DNA of 64,000 nucleotides from Prochloron sp. SulCav_FS08_3_32_3330 (GCA_020721205.1 DYNF01000001.1:4419-68418); one strand, 5' to 3'. Positions 1-10,512 are shown, counted from the first letter of the stretch. Notes: generated by a model from the sequence alone, not told the origin. Translations and numbers: made by a program.

Positions 1-2
1 AA

Positions 3-1895
3 GAAGCAATTATTGTGACGGAATTACCTTATCAAACAAATAAAGCCGCCTTAATTGAAAAAATTGCTGAATTGGTTAATGATAAAAAAATAGAAGGAAT
101 TTCTGATATTCGAGATGAAAGCGATCGCAATGGGATGCGGATCGTGATTGAATTGAAGCGAGATGCTTATCCCAGAGTGGTTTTAAACAATCTTTATAAA
201 CAAACCGCTATTCAGAGTAATTTCGGGGCGAATATGTTGGCATTAGTCAATAGTGAGCCTCAAGTTTTAACGATTAAGCAATTTTTAACCGTTTTTCTTG
301 ATTTTCGAGTAGAGGCTATTACTCGTCGTACTCAATACGAACTCAGAAAAGCTCAGGAAAGAGATCATTTATTACAAGGTTTATTGATCGCTTTAGATAA
401 CTTAGATGGGGTTATTTCGCTGATTCGGGGAGCGGCAGATTCAGCGATCGCAAAACAAGAATTAATGGATCGTTTTGGTTTATCTGATGTTCAAGCGGAC
501 GCAATTTTACAGATGCAATTACGCCGTTTAACTGCTTTAGAAGCAGATAAAATAGAAAGAGAACATGAGGCTTTGTTAGAAAAAATTACCGACTTACAAG
601 ATATTCTAGCGAAAAAAGAACGTATTGATCAGATAATTATTGATGAATTAATCAGAATTAAAGAAGCCCATGCCACCCCTCGACGCTCAAAAATTATTCA
701 AGGAGAAGGAGATTTATTAGATAAAGATTTAATTGCCAATGAAAAAGCGATTATTTTAGTCACAGAACAAGGCTATATTAAACGGATGCCCGTAAGTACC
801 TTCACACAACAAAATCGGGCGACAAGAGGTAAAGCCGCCGCTAAAATAAAAGAGGATGATGTGATTGAGCATTTTATGTCCTGTTGTGACCATGATAAGG
901 TGCTTTTCTTCAGCGATCGGGGGGTGGTTTATTCCATGTATTCCTATCAAGTGCCTTTAGGATCAAGGGCGGCAAGGGGTGTTCCCATTTTGCAAATGTT
1001 GCCTATTTCCCAAGAAGAAAAAATAACCTCTATTGTCTCAGTAAGTGAGTTTACAGAGGATGAATATTTAATTATGCTCACTCAAAAAGGCTTTATTAAG
1101 AAAACACCTCTTTCCGCTTTTAGTAATATTCGTAATAATGGTTTAATTGCTATTTCGTTAGAAGAAGGAGATCAACTGCGTTGGGTAAGACTTGCCCGAT
1201 CGCAAGATAGTGTGATTATTGGTTCTTGTAAAGGGATGGCGATCCATTTTCAACTTAATGATCAACAAATTCGCCCTCTGGGACGGAATACGAAAGGAGT
1301 AAAAGCGATGAAACTCCGAGCTAACGATGAATTAATTAGTATGGATATTGTTCCTGCTTATGTAATATCTGATTTATTAGCAACGCAAAACGAACAAGAA
1401 GTAGAGGATAATGAGGAAGAAGATGAGGTAATAGAGGAAACTAATGAAACCTTATGGTTATTGGCAATCACTCGTAACGGTTTTGGCAAACGAGTTCCCA
1501 TTTCTCAATTCCGGCTACAACGTCGGGCTGGTCTAGGTTTGAGGGCAATTAAATTCCGTTCTGAACAGGATCAACTGGCGGCTTTACGCATGGTGAGTCA
1601 AGAACAGGAATTGATGATTGTTTCTAATCGAGGTATTATTATTCGTCAGGCGATCGGTGCTATTTCTCTCCAGTCTCGTAGTGCGATGGGAGTAAGGGTA
1701 CAACGCTTAGATGAAGATGATGCGATCTCCGAAGTTGCTTTAGTTCCAATTTCAGAAGAAGATGAAAATGAAACTGAGGGAGAAATGATAGAAGAATCCT
1801 CAGAAGCAACGGAAACGGAAACTATCGAAATAACCTCAGAAATAATACCAGAAGAAACCACAGAAGAATCCTCGGAAGAAACTCCAGAAATATAA
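3..1895 (+). CDS. gyrA: DNA gyrase subunit A (5' part outside window)
   Basis: TELPYQTNKA, DIRDESDRNGMRIVIELKR, QADAILQMQLRRLT; beta-pinwheel CTD repeats with GyrA-box-like QNRATRG; acidic tail; frame open from base 3. Confidence 0.96.
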   Translation, partial: EAIIVTELPYQTNKAALIEKIAELVNDKKIEGISDIRDESDRNGMRIVIELKRDAYPRVVLNNLYKQTAIQSNFGANMLALVNSEPQVLTIKQFLTVFLDFRVEAITRRTQYELRKAQERDHLLQGLLIALDNLDGVISLIRGAADSAIAKQELMDRFGLSDVQADAILQMQLRRLTALEADKIEREHEALLEKITDLQDILAKKERIDQIIIDELIRIKEAHATPRRSKIIQGEGDLLDKDLIANEKAIILVTEQGYIKRMPVSTFTQQNRATRGKAAAKIKEDDVIEHFMSCCDHDKVLFFSDRGVVYSMYSYQVPLGSRAARGVPILQMLPISQEEKITSIVSVSEFTEDEYLIMLTQKGFIKKTPLSAFSNIRNNGLIAISLEEGDQLRWVRLARSQDSVIIGSCKGMAIHFQLNDQQIRPLGRNTKGVKAMKLRANDELISMDIVPAYVISDLLATQNEQEVEDNEEEDEVIEETNETLWLLAITRNGFGKRVPISQFRLQRRAGLGLRAIKFRSEQDQLAALRMVSQEQELMIVSNRGIIIRQAIGAISLQSRSAMGVRVQRLDEDDAISEVALVPISEEDENETEGEMIEESSEATETETIEITSEIIPEETTEESSEETPEI

Positions 1896-1951
1896 CTCTT
1901 AAATTTTCCCACAGGTTAAAATCTGTCCCGATTCAACTACAAATCGAAGAT

Positions 1952-1986
1952 TAAAAAGCAATAGGTTTTAGCCTGTTGCTTTTTAA
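1952..1986. terminator. Probable bidirectional intrinsic terminator after gyrA
   Basis: AAAAAGCAATAGG-TTTTAG-CCTGTTGCTTTTT hairpin flanked by A and T tracts. Confidence 0.7.
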
Positions 1987-2124
1987 TTTCTGTAGGTATT
2001 TCTAACATTATTTAAAGGAGAAATGTAAAGTGATGTTGCAATTTTTTTCAAAAGTTCCAGATCTGATTTAAAACAAAAGATAAGATTTAATTTAACAAAA
2101 TTTGCATTTATTCCTGTAATTTTA

Positions 2125-2379
2125 ATGAACAAAGAAAATCAAAGATATCGGATGATCTGTACTCTCAGTTTTGGAGATATTTACGGTCAAATTATTGTGT
2201 GGTTAATTGTTATTTTTTTGACCCTTGCCACCACTTTAGCATTATGGAGTAGTACGGGACAAATTTACGCTTTTGCTACCGTTGGTATTGTTTTAATCTT
2301 GTCTCTACCTTTCCTATTATTTTCTTTTGTAACAACTCTTTTAAATCATATTGAGTTTGAGGAAATAGAAGAAAAATAA
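2125..2379 (+). CDS. Small two-TM hypothetical membrane protein of cyanobacterial type
   Basis: 84 aa with two hydrophobic stretches; CTLSFGDIYGQIIVWLIVIFL motif. Confidence 0.75.
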   Translation: MNKENQRYRMICTLSFGDIYGQIIVWLIVIFLTLATTLALWSSTGQIYAFATVGIVLILSLPFLLFSFVTTLLNHIEFEEIEEK

Positions 2380-2463
2380 GGCTTAAAATCTTTAAACAAT
2401 AATCAGTAGGGACTTAATAATATTAAGTCCTTATCTTGGAGAAAATTATTGATTAATTAAGTT

Positions 2464-2494
2464 TTTTTGAATTTTGAATTTTGAATTTTGAATT
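2464..2494. repeat. Heptamer tandem repeat (TTTTGAA)n, STRR-like
   Basis: About 4 copies of TTTTGAA; the same unit recurs at ~11110-11140 and ~25947-25975. Confidence 0.8.
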
Positions 2495-2495
2495 A

Positions 2496-3080
2496 TTAAG
2501 CTTGTTTCCCACTTTCACCTTTAATAATAGCAGAACCAATTAAATGAGCAAGACGTAAAGCTTCAGGAACTTTACCACGATCGGTTAAAATAGGTAAAAC
2601 TTTACTAATTATCTCAGGATTTTCACCGATTACTTGAAAATAGAAAGGATCAAGATGATAAATTTCTCCAGCTTTCTCCATAATTTCTAATCTTTTTTCC
2701 CCATCAGAAATGCGACTTAAAGCGTGTTTAATTGCTGTAAATTTAGGATATTTTCGCATCACAGAAACACAAGGTAAATTAATATTATGATGAAGTAAAG
2801 GTAAATCAATCACATTAAAACCACCAAAACAAAGACCATCTAATAAAAGTAAATGAAGTTGAGGTAAAAACTTGCTATTTAATAATAATTGAGTTAGAAT
2901 TTCCGTAGCATTCCAGCCATCAACTTCCACCTGAGACCATAACATTCCCTCAAAACGAGTACCCGCACAAATTATTCCCCCAATATTAACAGGCTCTTTT
3001 TGTTGACGAGAAAAAGGGGTATCATCAAAACCGATTACTCTAATGGTTTTATGTTGTTCAATTAAGTCTATTAGTTTCAT
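2496..3080 (-). CDS. DUF99 family (endonuclease V-like) protein
   Basis: RVIGFDD, LLLDGLCFGGFNVID, GKVPEALRLAHLIG motifs. Confidence 0.85.
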   Translation of the reverse strand: MKLIDLIEQHKTIRVIGFDDTPFSRQQKEPVNIGGIICAGTRFEGMLWSQVEVDGWNATEILTQLLLNSKFLPQLHLLLLDGLCFGGFNVIDLPLLHHNINLPCVSVMRKYPKFTAIKHALSRISDGEKRLEIMEKAGEIYHLDPFYFQVIGENPEIISKVLPILTDRGKVPEALRLAHLIGSAIIKGESGKQA

Positions 3081-3246
3081 AAAATTAATTAGGATAATAA
3101 AATAGTTACAGATTAAGCAAATAAATGTTCATAAATTGCTCTGTCATAAATTAATAATTGACAATTGACAATAAACAATTGATAATAAAATATAAATTAT
3201 AAAGCCTAAAATTACACGCTATTTATTGATTACTAAAATCTAAACA

Positions 3247-6200
3247 ATGGTACATATTTCTAAAATCGAACTTTCCCATTTTAAATCCTTCGGTGGCACT
3301 AATTCAGTGCCATTTCGACGGGGTTTTACGGTGGTTTCTGGACCGAATGGTTCGGGAAAGTCGAATATTTTGGATGCTTTGTTATTTTGCTTGGGTTTAG
3401 CCAGTTCTAAGGGTATGAGGGCGGAAAGACTGCCGGATCTGATTAATCACAATCAAAGTCAAACTGGACGTACTGCGGAAACGAGGGTGACAGTTACTTT
3501 TGATTTATCGGATTTAGAGGAAACCGTAGTTAATCATTTTATTAATGAGGAATATTTTGAATCAGAAGGTATTGAGGATATTGAGGATTCTGATAACACA
3601 GAAAACACAGAAAAATCGAAGCAAAAATCAAATATAACGGTTTCTAATACTTCTGAATGGACTGTAACTAGAAGGTTACGGGTAACGAAAGGGGGGAGTT
3701 ATTCTTCTAATTTTTATATTAATGATACTCCTTGTACAGCGACGGAATTACATGAACAATTACGTCGTTTAAGGGTTTATCCAGAGGGTTATAATGTGGT
3801 TTTACAGGGTGATGTAACCAGTATTATTAGTATGAATAGTAAGGAAAGACGAGAAATTATTGATGAATTGGCAGGAGTTGCTGAGTTTGATCGCAAAATT
3901 GAACAAACTAAGGAAACTTTAGAATCTGTGAAGGAAAGGGAGGAGCGTTGTCATATTATTGAACAGGAATTAAAGAATAATTTAGAAAAGTTAGCTACTG
4001 ATAGAATTAAAGCGGAAAAATATCAAAAATTAAAGGCAATTGTTCATGAAAAACAACAGTGGGAACTGGTGTTAAAATGGCGGTTTTTTCAATATCAACA
4101 TGAACAGTTAATTTTAAAATTGGAAGCGGGAGAACAGGAAAAAGTTAAGTTAAAAGAAGGGTTAAAATTATTAGATGAACAGATTAAAAACAAAAATGTA
4201 GAGTTAGAGGAATTAAATAATAAAATTAAAGCTTTAGGAGAGGATGAACAGTTATCGGTGGCTTCTAGTATGGCTACTTATAAAGCTAAACGTCATCAGC
4301 TAGAACAGCGTCAACAGGAGTTAAATGACACTTTACAAAATCATCTTAATTTAATTTCTAAAACTGAACAGGAATTTAAAGAACGTCAAAAAGAATTAAC
4401 TCAAGTTGAACAAGAAAAAGCGACTTTAGAAACAGAAATTTTACCTTTTTTAACTGGTCAAAGAAATCAAACTCAAGATGTTTTAAATACGATCCGAGAT
4501 CAGGCTAATTCTATCGCTGAAGCTTCGGAGGCTTGGGTACAGGAGCAAAGTGCTTTAACTCGACAAATTTCGACTTTACAACAAACTTTTAATCCTTTAA
4601 CTACGGAACAAGCTCAGTTACAGGAAAGAACGGAAAGATTACAGTTAAATTTGGCTAAAGATGATCAACAATTACAGCTAATTTTAACAGAAATTGAGGA
4701 AAAAGAAACACAGGTTAAATTATTATCTCAAGATAAAGATACAACCGAAACAAGTTTACAGGAATTAACCAAAGCTTTACAGGAAGCGGAATCAGAATGT
4801 AATTTACAACAGGATACTCATACTCGTTTATTAAAAGAACAAAGGGAAAAACAACGGCAGTTAGATAGGCTAGAAGCCACTTCTCATGCGGAAAAAGAGG
4901 CTCAAGGTACTTATGCCAGTCAACTTATTTTAAATGCTAATTTATCCGGTGTTTATGGTTTGGTGGCTCAACTTGGTCAAGTAGAACAACAGTATCAATT
5001 AGCTTTGGAAGTGGCTGGTGGTGGGCGTTTAGGGAATATTGTGGTGGAAAATGATCAGGTGGCTTCCCTTGCGATCGAATTATTAAAACAGAAAAGAGGG
5101 GGGAGAGCGACGTTTTTACCGTTAAATAAAATAAAATCTAATTCTATTAGAACAGATATTATTCCGAAATATACTAGAGGTTTTATAGATTTTGCTGTGA
5201 ATTTAATTGAGTGTGACGCTGATTATGAAAAAATATTTGCTTATGTTTTCGGTTCGACGATCGTCTTTGAAAATTTAGATACAGCCAGATCTCATTTAGG
5301 AAAAGCTCGTATTGTCACTTTAGACGGGGAATTATTGGAAAGTAGTGGGGCGATGACTGGGGGAAGTATGGGGAAAAATTCCGGTTTACATTTTGGTACT
5401 GTTTCAACAGAGGAATCTGACGAGATAAAAACTCTGAAAAGTAGATTAAAAGAGATAGGAGAAATTATAACTTATTGTGATCAATTCGTAACACAAAAAT
5501 TAGCAGTTGTCAATAATTTAAAACAAGAATTAACAGAAACTAGACAAGAACAAAGAGAGTTACAATTGCGTTTAGAACAGTTAGAAAAAGAGTTAAATAA
5601 GCTGTTATTACAACAATCACAATTAGCGGGTCAATTGCCCCAAAATCAGGGGGAATTAGAGCGTTATCAAGGGCGTTTAATTGACCTTAATCAAGTTATT
5701 CCTGAAATGTCTGAACAATTGCAAAAATTACAACAGAAATTAGCTGATTTGGAGGCTTCTCAAACTCATAGTGAATGGCAAGAAATTCAGAAATTAATTA
5801 AAGTGCAAGAGGCTAAATTACAGGAAAAAGAAATTACTTTGCGTACGGCACAAGAAAAGTTAAAAACTTTAGAAAATAATCTAGTTCGTTTACAGGAAAA
5901 AATGACTGAAGCGACTCAGTCTTTGCAACTTTTACAACAGAAAAAATTGACGGATGAAAATAATATTAAAACGGTGGATCAAGAATTAGAAAAAGTTGAG
6001 GTTAAAATTACAGAAACTAATCAACTTTTAGAGGCTCTTTCTGAAAAATTAAAAGCAGTGAAAGAGGAAAGAAATAATTTTGAAAATGAGTTAAAAGAAT
6101 TACAAAATCACCATCAAAGACAAGGCTGGAATATTCAAAAGTTAGAGGAAATTAAAGAAGAAAGAAAGATTCAATTAGCTCATTTAGAAGTAGAGATTAG

Positions 6201-6936
6201 TTTACACGAAAGTGACCTCCCTGATCCTCTACCCGAAGTGCCTATTTTAGAGATAATTTCTTCACAGGAATTATCAAAAGAATTGTATGAAGAAAAACTA
6301 GAAGAATTACAAAAGGAAATTCGCAAAGGACAGAAAAAATTAGAAGCTTTAGAACCTGTGAATATGTTAGCTTTAGAAGAATACAATAAAACAGAAGAAA
6401 GATTACAAGAATTAACGGATAAATTAAATACTTTAGTGGGGGAAAGAACGGAGTTATTATTAAGAGTTGAAAGGTTTACAACCCTTAGATTTAAGGCTTT
6501 TAAGGAATCTTTTGACGCAGTTAATGAGAACTTTAAAACTATTTTTGCTACCCTCTCAGAAGGTGATGGTTATTTAGATTTAGATAACCATGAAAATCCC
6601 TTTGAAGGTGGCTTAAATTTAGTGGCACATCCGAAAGGAAAACCTGTACAAAGATTAAGTTCAATGTCAGGAGGAGAGAAATCTTTAACGGCTTTAAGTT
6701 TCATTTTTGCCCTACAAAGATATCGTCCTTCGCCCTTTTATGCTTTTGATGAAGTAGATATGTTTCTTGATGGTTCAAATGTGGAAAGATTATCGTCAAT
6801 GATTAAACAAGAGGCACAACAAGCGCAGTTTATTGTGGTTAGTTTAAGACGACCAATGATCGAAGCTTCGGAAAGAACAATCGGTGTGACTCAAGCGAGG
6901 GGTGCTAATACTCAAGTATTGGGTATTCAGTTGTAA
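3247..6936 (+). CDS. smc: Chromosome segregation protein SMC
   Basis: Walker A GPNGSGKSN, long coiled coils, hinge (GRATFLPL), signature MSGGEKS, Walker B FDEVD. Confidence 0.97.
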   Translation: MVHISKIELSHFKSFGGTNSVPFRRGFTVVSGPNGSGKSNILDALLFCLGLASSKGMRAERLPDLINHNQSQTGRTAETRVTVTFDLSDLEETVVNHFINEEYFESEGIEDIEDSDNTENTEKSKQKSNITVSNTSEWTVTRRLRVTKGGSYSSNFYINDTPCTATELHEQLRRLRVYPEGYNVVLQGDVTSIISMNSKERREIIDELAGVAEFDRKIEQTKETLESVKEREERCHIIEQELKNNLEKLATDRIKAEKYQKLKAIVHEKQQWELVLKWRFFQYQHEQLILKLEAGEQEKVKLKEGLKLLDEQIKNKNVELEELNNKIKALGEDEQLSVASSMATYKAKRHQLEQRQQELNDTLQNHLNLISKTEQEFKERQKELTQVEQEKATLETEILPFLTGQRNQTQDVLNTIRDQANSIAEASEAWVQEQSALTRQISTLQQTFNPLTTEQAQLQERTERLQLNLAKDDQQLQLILTEIEEKETQVKLLSQDKDTTETSLQELTKALQEAESECNLQQDTHTRLLKEQREKQRQLDRLEATSHAEKEAQGTYASQLILNANLSGVYGLVAQLGQVEQQYQLALEVAGGGRLGNIVVENDQVASLAIELLKQKRGGRATFLPLNKIKSNSIRTDIIPKYTRGFIDFAVNLIECDADYEKIFAYVFGSTIVFENLDTARSHLGKARIVTLDGELLESSGAMTGGSMGKNSGLHFGTVSTEESDEIKTLKSRLKEIGEIITYCDQFVTQKLAVVNNLKQELTETRQEQRELQLRLEQLEKELNKLLLQQSQLAGQLPQNQGELERYQGRLIDLNQVIPEMSEQLQKLQQKLADLEASQTHSEWQEIQKLIKVQEAKLQEKEITLRTAQEKLKTLENNLVRLQEKMTEATQSLQLLQQKKLTDENNIKTVDQELEKVEVKITETNQLLEALSEKLKAVKEERNNFENELKELQNHHQRQGWNIQKLEEIKEERKIQLAHLEVEISLHESDLPDPLPEVPILEIISSQELSKELYEEKLEELQKEIRKGQKKLEALEPVNMLALEEYNKTEERLQELTDKLNTLVGERTELLLRVERFTTLRFKAFKESFDAVNENFKTIFATLSEGDGYLDLDNHENPFEGGLNLVAHPKGKPVQRLSSMSGGEKSLTALSFIFALQRYRPSPFYAFDEVDMFLDGSNVERLSSMIKQEAQQAQFIVVSLRRPMIEASERTIGVTQARGANTQVLGIQL

Positions 6937-7034
6937 AATTTAATGTAAATAGAAAAATCGGTAAATTTGAAAAAAAAAATTATATATCTATGTTATAATT
7001 AAAATTGTTGGTTAATCTTGTCTCAAAATTACTT

Positions 7035-7265
7035 ATGAACTATCAAAAAATTATCACAATTGAACAAGGGAAAAGAAGCGGAAAACCCTGCATTAGAGGA
7101 ATGCGAATTACCGTTTATGATATATTAGAATATTTAGCAGGAGGTATGACTGAAGCAGAAATTTTGGAAGACTTTTCTGAATTAACATCAGAAGATATTA
7201 AAGCCTGTCTTGCTTTTGTGGCTGATCGAGAAAAAAAATTATTTCCTGTGGTTTCTATATCATGA
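7035..7265 (+). CDS. DUF433 family antitoxin-like protein (no partner PIN toxin adjacent)
   Basis: GKRSGKPCIRGMRITVYDILEYLAGG...EDIKACLAF. Confidence 0.88.
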   Translation: MNYQKIITIEQGKRSGKPCIRGMRITVYDILEYLAGGMTEAEILEDFSELTSEDIKACLAFVADREKKLFPVVSIS

Positions 7266-7300
7266 TCTAAATTAAAAGTTAAATTTATTTTGTTAATTTT
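7233..7300 (-). pseudogene. Diverged duplicate of the mcrC 3' end
   Basis: About 54/68 nt match (hand count) to 7642-7709; reads INKINLTFNLDHDIETTGNNF vs McrC INIRSLNFALDTDLETTGNNF. Confidence 0.8.
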
Positions 7301-7345
7301 TAATTTGATGCTATAATGATAATTGAACATTTTTTAATAAGAATT

Positions 7346-7561
7346 ATGGATTTTTTAAGCCAAGAAAATCGTCTAAATAAATCAGTAATTACAGTTTCAT
7401 CTTTAACAGATGAGTCTGATGAAAAAGAATATTGGTTTTTAACTACACCCCAAGAAAGATTAACCGCTTTAGAAATAATGAGACAAATTAATTATGGTTA
7501 TGATCCAACTACCGCCAGACTTCAAAGATTTTTTGAAATTGCTGAACTTAAAACAAGTTGA
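7346..7561 (+). CDS. Small hypothetical protein of the type found upstream of nucleotidyltransferase genes
   Basis: DEKEYW...PQERLTALEIMRQINYGYDPTTARLQRFFE; overlaps the start of the remnant below. Confidence 0.65.
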   Translation: MDFLSQENRLNKSVITVSSLTDESDEKEYWFLTTPQERLTALEIMRQINYGYDPTTARLQRFFEIAELKTS

Positions 7562-7596
7562 ATATTTATTAAAACGACTTAGAAAATTTACCTTAA
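7500..7596 (+). pseudogene. Internally deleted nucleotidyltransferase-family gene (N- and C-termini only)
   Basis: MIQLPPDFKDFLKLLNLKQVEYLL joined out of frame to NDLENLP*; family recognised from memory. Confidence 0.65.
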
Positions 7597-7622
7597 TTCT
7601 TACTTTATATTCTTGTGAAATA

Positions 7623-8777
7623 CTAATTAAATAAATCATTTAAAAAATTATTTCCTGTAGTTTCTAAATCCGTATCTAAAGCAAAATTTAAACTTCTAAT
7701 ATTAATTTGTCCAGTGGTAACATTTAAAGATTTTTCTATATTAGGATAAATTAAAATCGCATTTTTACAGTGTTTTTGGGTTGCATAACTAACTATTTGA
7801 TGAAAGTCGGGATGCTTAAATTCTGTTTTATATTTCGTATCTAATACATAACAAGCTTGATCTGTTTTTTTATTATAAATTACTAAATCAATATTAAATT
7901 TTAAATCTTCATTAATTTTGATTCCTTCATGAATTTTAAGTTTAAATTCTGATGGTAAATTTTGTTTTAACCATTGTGCCACAAACTGCTCATAAAGTTG
8001 TGCCATATTCACTAAAAAGGGTAAAGTATTATCATTTCCTTGATGATGACTAGGGGAAAGATGTTGTAAGAAAAAATAACAAATAATGTGCATTATTTCG
8101 TAATCTTGATTTAAACGATTATATTTTCTTTTAATACATTCTTGGGGTTGAAATTGTTTTAATGTAATCGAATATTGTAAAGCATGATAGGCTTTTCTAA
8201 TCCGAGAATGAATATTTTGATTAAACATTTTACTTCGACTTAAACAGTTTAATGTCCATAATAAAATTTGATTTTCTTCTATATCATTAGTTTGATCTTG
8301 ATATTGACAGTTTAATTTAATATTATAGGGTTTTTGGATTAATTTTTTTAGATTAATTTTTCCTTTAATTGTTGTTAATTCATTTTCTCGATTAATATAA
8401 GTTGTATATAAGCCTTTTTTGGTCCGATTAATTATTTTTTCTGTCAAAGAAATCGCAAAGCGATCGCAAAAATCAGTTAAACTTTCACAGTTAGCAATCC
8501 CATCTAAAAAATGAAAACTTTTTAAATTTAAAGCATAGTTTAACATAGCAAATAAATTTTTAATCGAAACTTTAGGATTAATTTTAATCGCAAAATTAGA
8601 ATTTAAAGGAATAAAACCTACCCAGCCTTGAGAAGTTAAAGACATTTTATCTTGACCATTTTTTCTAATAATATTTAATTCAATTTGTTTATAATATTTA
8701 GTTTGAATTAAATCAATAATTTCATCTTGACGAGGAATTATTTTAGTTTTATATTCAGTTAATTCAATGATTTTCAT
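7623..8777 (-). CDS. mcrC: McrC-family restriction nuclease subunit
   Basis: GWVGFI...IKINPK, LVNMAQLYEQFV, ID...VLDTKYK nuclease motif, QIVSYA; directly downstream of mcrB. Confidence 0.88.
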   Translation of the reverse strand: MKIIELTEYKTKIIPRQDEIIDLIQTKYYKQIELNIIRKNGQDKMSLTSQGWVGFIPLNSNFAIKINPKVSIKNLFAMLNYALNLKSFHFLDGIANCESLTDFCDRFAISLTEKIINRTKKGLYTTYINRENELTTIKGKINLKKLIQKPYNIKLNCQYQDQTNDIEENQILLWTLNCLSRSKMFNQNIHSRIRKAYHALQYSITLKQFQPQECIKRKYNRLNQDYEIMHIICYFFLQHLSPSHHQGNDNTLPFLVNMAQLYEQFVAQWLKQNLPSEFKLKIHEGIKINEDLKFNIDLVIYNKKTDQACYVLDTKYKTEFKHPDFHQIVSYATQKHCKNAILIYPNIEKSLNVTTGQINIRSLNFALDTDLETTGNNFLNDLFN

Positions 8778-8805
8778 TCTAATATAATTATATTATTTAA
8801 TATAG

Positions 8806-8859
8806 GTTTGTTGTTGCACTTTAGTGCTATCTTATTTGTGCTAAAGCACCACAACGAAC
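8806..8859. repeat. REP-like inverted doublet (family A: GTTTGTWGTTG + GC-TAAA-GC hairpins)
   Basis: GTTTGTTGTTGCACTTTAGTGC...GTGCTAAAGCACCACAACGAAC; relatives at 10787, 14047/14432, 17845, 25253, 27405, 29541, 41573. Confidence 0.8.
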
Positions 8860-8864
8860 TTTTT

Positions 8865-10475
8865 TTAAATTAAAATTTTATCCTTAATTTTTCCCCAACG
8901 AAAATTACTAATTTTCTCATGATCATCAAAGAAATATTCTTCTAAATAAGGCTCAATTTCCATAAGCCAAATATCTTCAATATTTTCCTTTAATTCTATT
9001 GTTAAAAAGAAAGAAATACCCAATTCATAATGAGGATCATTAATCGTTTTATTTAACTCTTTTAAAACCTTAATTAAACTATCAATATTTAACTGATTAT
9101 TCCCTTTATGATAAGCTTTTAAAATATCATAATTAGAGTTAAGAGTAATAAAAGAAAAACGCCGACGTAAGGCATGATCTACTAAAGCGATCGAGCGATC
9201 AGCCGTATTCATTGTACCAATAATTCTGACATTTTTAGGCATCGAAAAAACCTCATTACTTCCTGCCAATTTAATATTTTGTTCTCGATATTCTAATAAA
9301 TACATTAACTCACCAAAAATAGAAGCAAGATTACCTCGATTAATTTCATCTATGATTAAAACACAAATTCCGTCGCATTTTTGGGCATTTTCACAAAATT
9401 CTAAAAAACGCCCTTTGATCATATTATATTCTAATTGTCCATGATTAGAAATTGGTCTTATTCCTTGAATAAAATCTTCATAACTATAACTAGGATGAAA
9501 TTGTACCAATTCTGAAAATCCATCATTATTACTAATTAAATACTTCGCTAAATATTGAGCTAAAAAAGTTTTACCTGTGCCGGGAGAGCCTTGTAAAATT
9601 ATTTGTTTTTTACGGTTAATTACTTTAATAATTGTTTCAATTTTTTCCTGTTTAAAATAGGTATCTTGACATAAATTTTCAAGGTTATATTCAGGATTAA
9701 TAAATTTTGTTTCAGTTTCTATATCTTCTAAATTTTCTAATTTTGTATAATTTTCTAAACTAACTAAATATTCTTGAATTTTACTTATAGGATCATCATT
9801 AATAGTAATTAAAACTAAAGGAAATAAATTTTGATACATATTAATAATATAATTACTTAATTCCAATTGAGAATAATTTAAGATTTCTTGACGAGGAATA
9901 ATCACAGCAATATGTAAATCTTCTTGGGCAATATTTTGTAACCAACTTTCAGGCGTAATCTGATTTTGACTAACTATTTCTTGATTTTCATTAAGATAAT
10001 AATTATCTCGACTTCCTAAATAAATTTGATTACTAATATTATAAATATTTTTGATTAAATCAATAATATAATTTTGATTATTCTGACAAAAATTTATGAA
10101 TTTATCTCTTTCTTGACTTTCATTTTGACTAATATAAAAACCAAATTCTAAAGTTTCATAATTAAGAAACAAAAATAATTGAACATCCTCTATTTTATTA
10201 CTATTTTTTGTCGAAAAAGTACCCCAAATAAAATCAGGAGTTTTATTTTTGATATAATAATTTTTGGGAGAAAATAAATTTTTTTCCGTTTCCATTAAAT
10301 CAGTAATTTCTAAAGGAAGTTGAGAAGCAATATAACTAAATAAAGTCTTAAAAGGATTTTCTACATATTGTTTAAATTCGTCTTTATTTTTATCATAAAA
10401 TTCTTTATTAGGGTTATCATGTAATTGTTTTAATAAGGCAAAAGTTTGGCTATTAAAATAAGATTTTTCATTCAT
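8865..10475 (-). CDS. mcrB: McrB-family AAA+ GTPase with N-terminal DUF2461-like domain
   Basis: GSPGTGKT, VQFHPSYSYEDF, IIDEINRGN, MNTADRS, DHALRRRF; N-terminus FALLKQLHDNPNKEFYDKNK resembles DUF2461. Confidence 0.9.
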   Translation of the reverse strand: MNEKSYFNSQTFALLKQLHDNPNKEFYDKNKDEFKQYVENPFKTLFSYIASQLPLEITDLMETEKNLFSPKNYYIKNKTPDFIWGTFSTKNSNKIEDVQLFLFLNYETLEFGFYISQNESQERDKFINFCQNNQNYIIDLIKNIYNISNQIYLGSRDNYYLNENQEIVSQNQITPESWLQNIAQEDLHIAVIIPRQEILNYSQLELSNYIINMYQNLFPLVLITINDDPISKIQEYLVSLENYTKLENLEDIETETKFINPEYNLENLCQDTYFKQEKIETIIKVINRKKQIILQGSPGTGKTFLAQYLAKYLISNNDGFSELVQFHPSYSYEDFIQGIRPISNHGQLEYNMIKGRFLEFCENAQKCDGICVLIIDEINRGNLASIFGELMYLLEYREQNIKLAGSNEVFSMPKNVRIIGTMNTADRSIALVDHALRRRFSFITLNSNYDILKAYHKGNNQLNIDSLIKVLKELNKTINDPHYELGISFFLTIELKENIEDIWLMEIEPYLEEYFFDDHEKISNFRWGKIKDKILI

Positions 10476-10512
10476 TTTTTTTAATAATGTTGTTTATTTT
10501 TTTATATAGGAT

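Noticed and set aside
1380-1895. Acidic insert and tail of GyrA as a novelty
   Set aside because: Acidic low-complexity segments are common in GyrA C-termini.
7115-7330. 71-aa minus-strand ORF as a real gene
   Set aside because: Chimera of the mcrC remnant and DUF433 antisense; reported as a pseudogene fragment instead.
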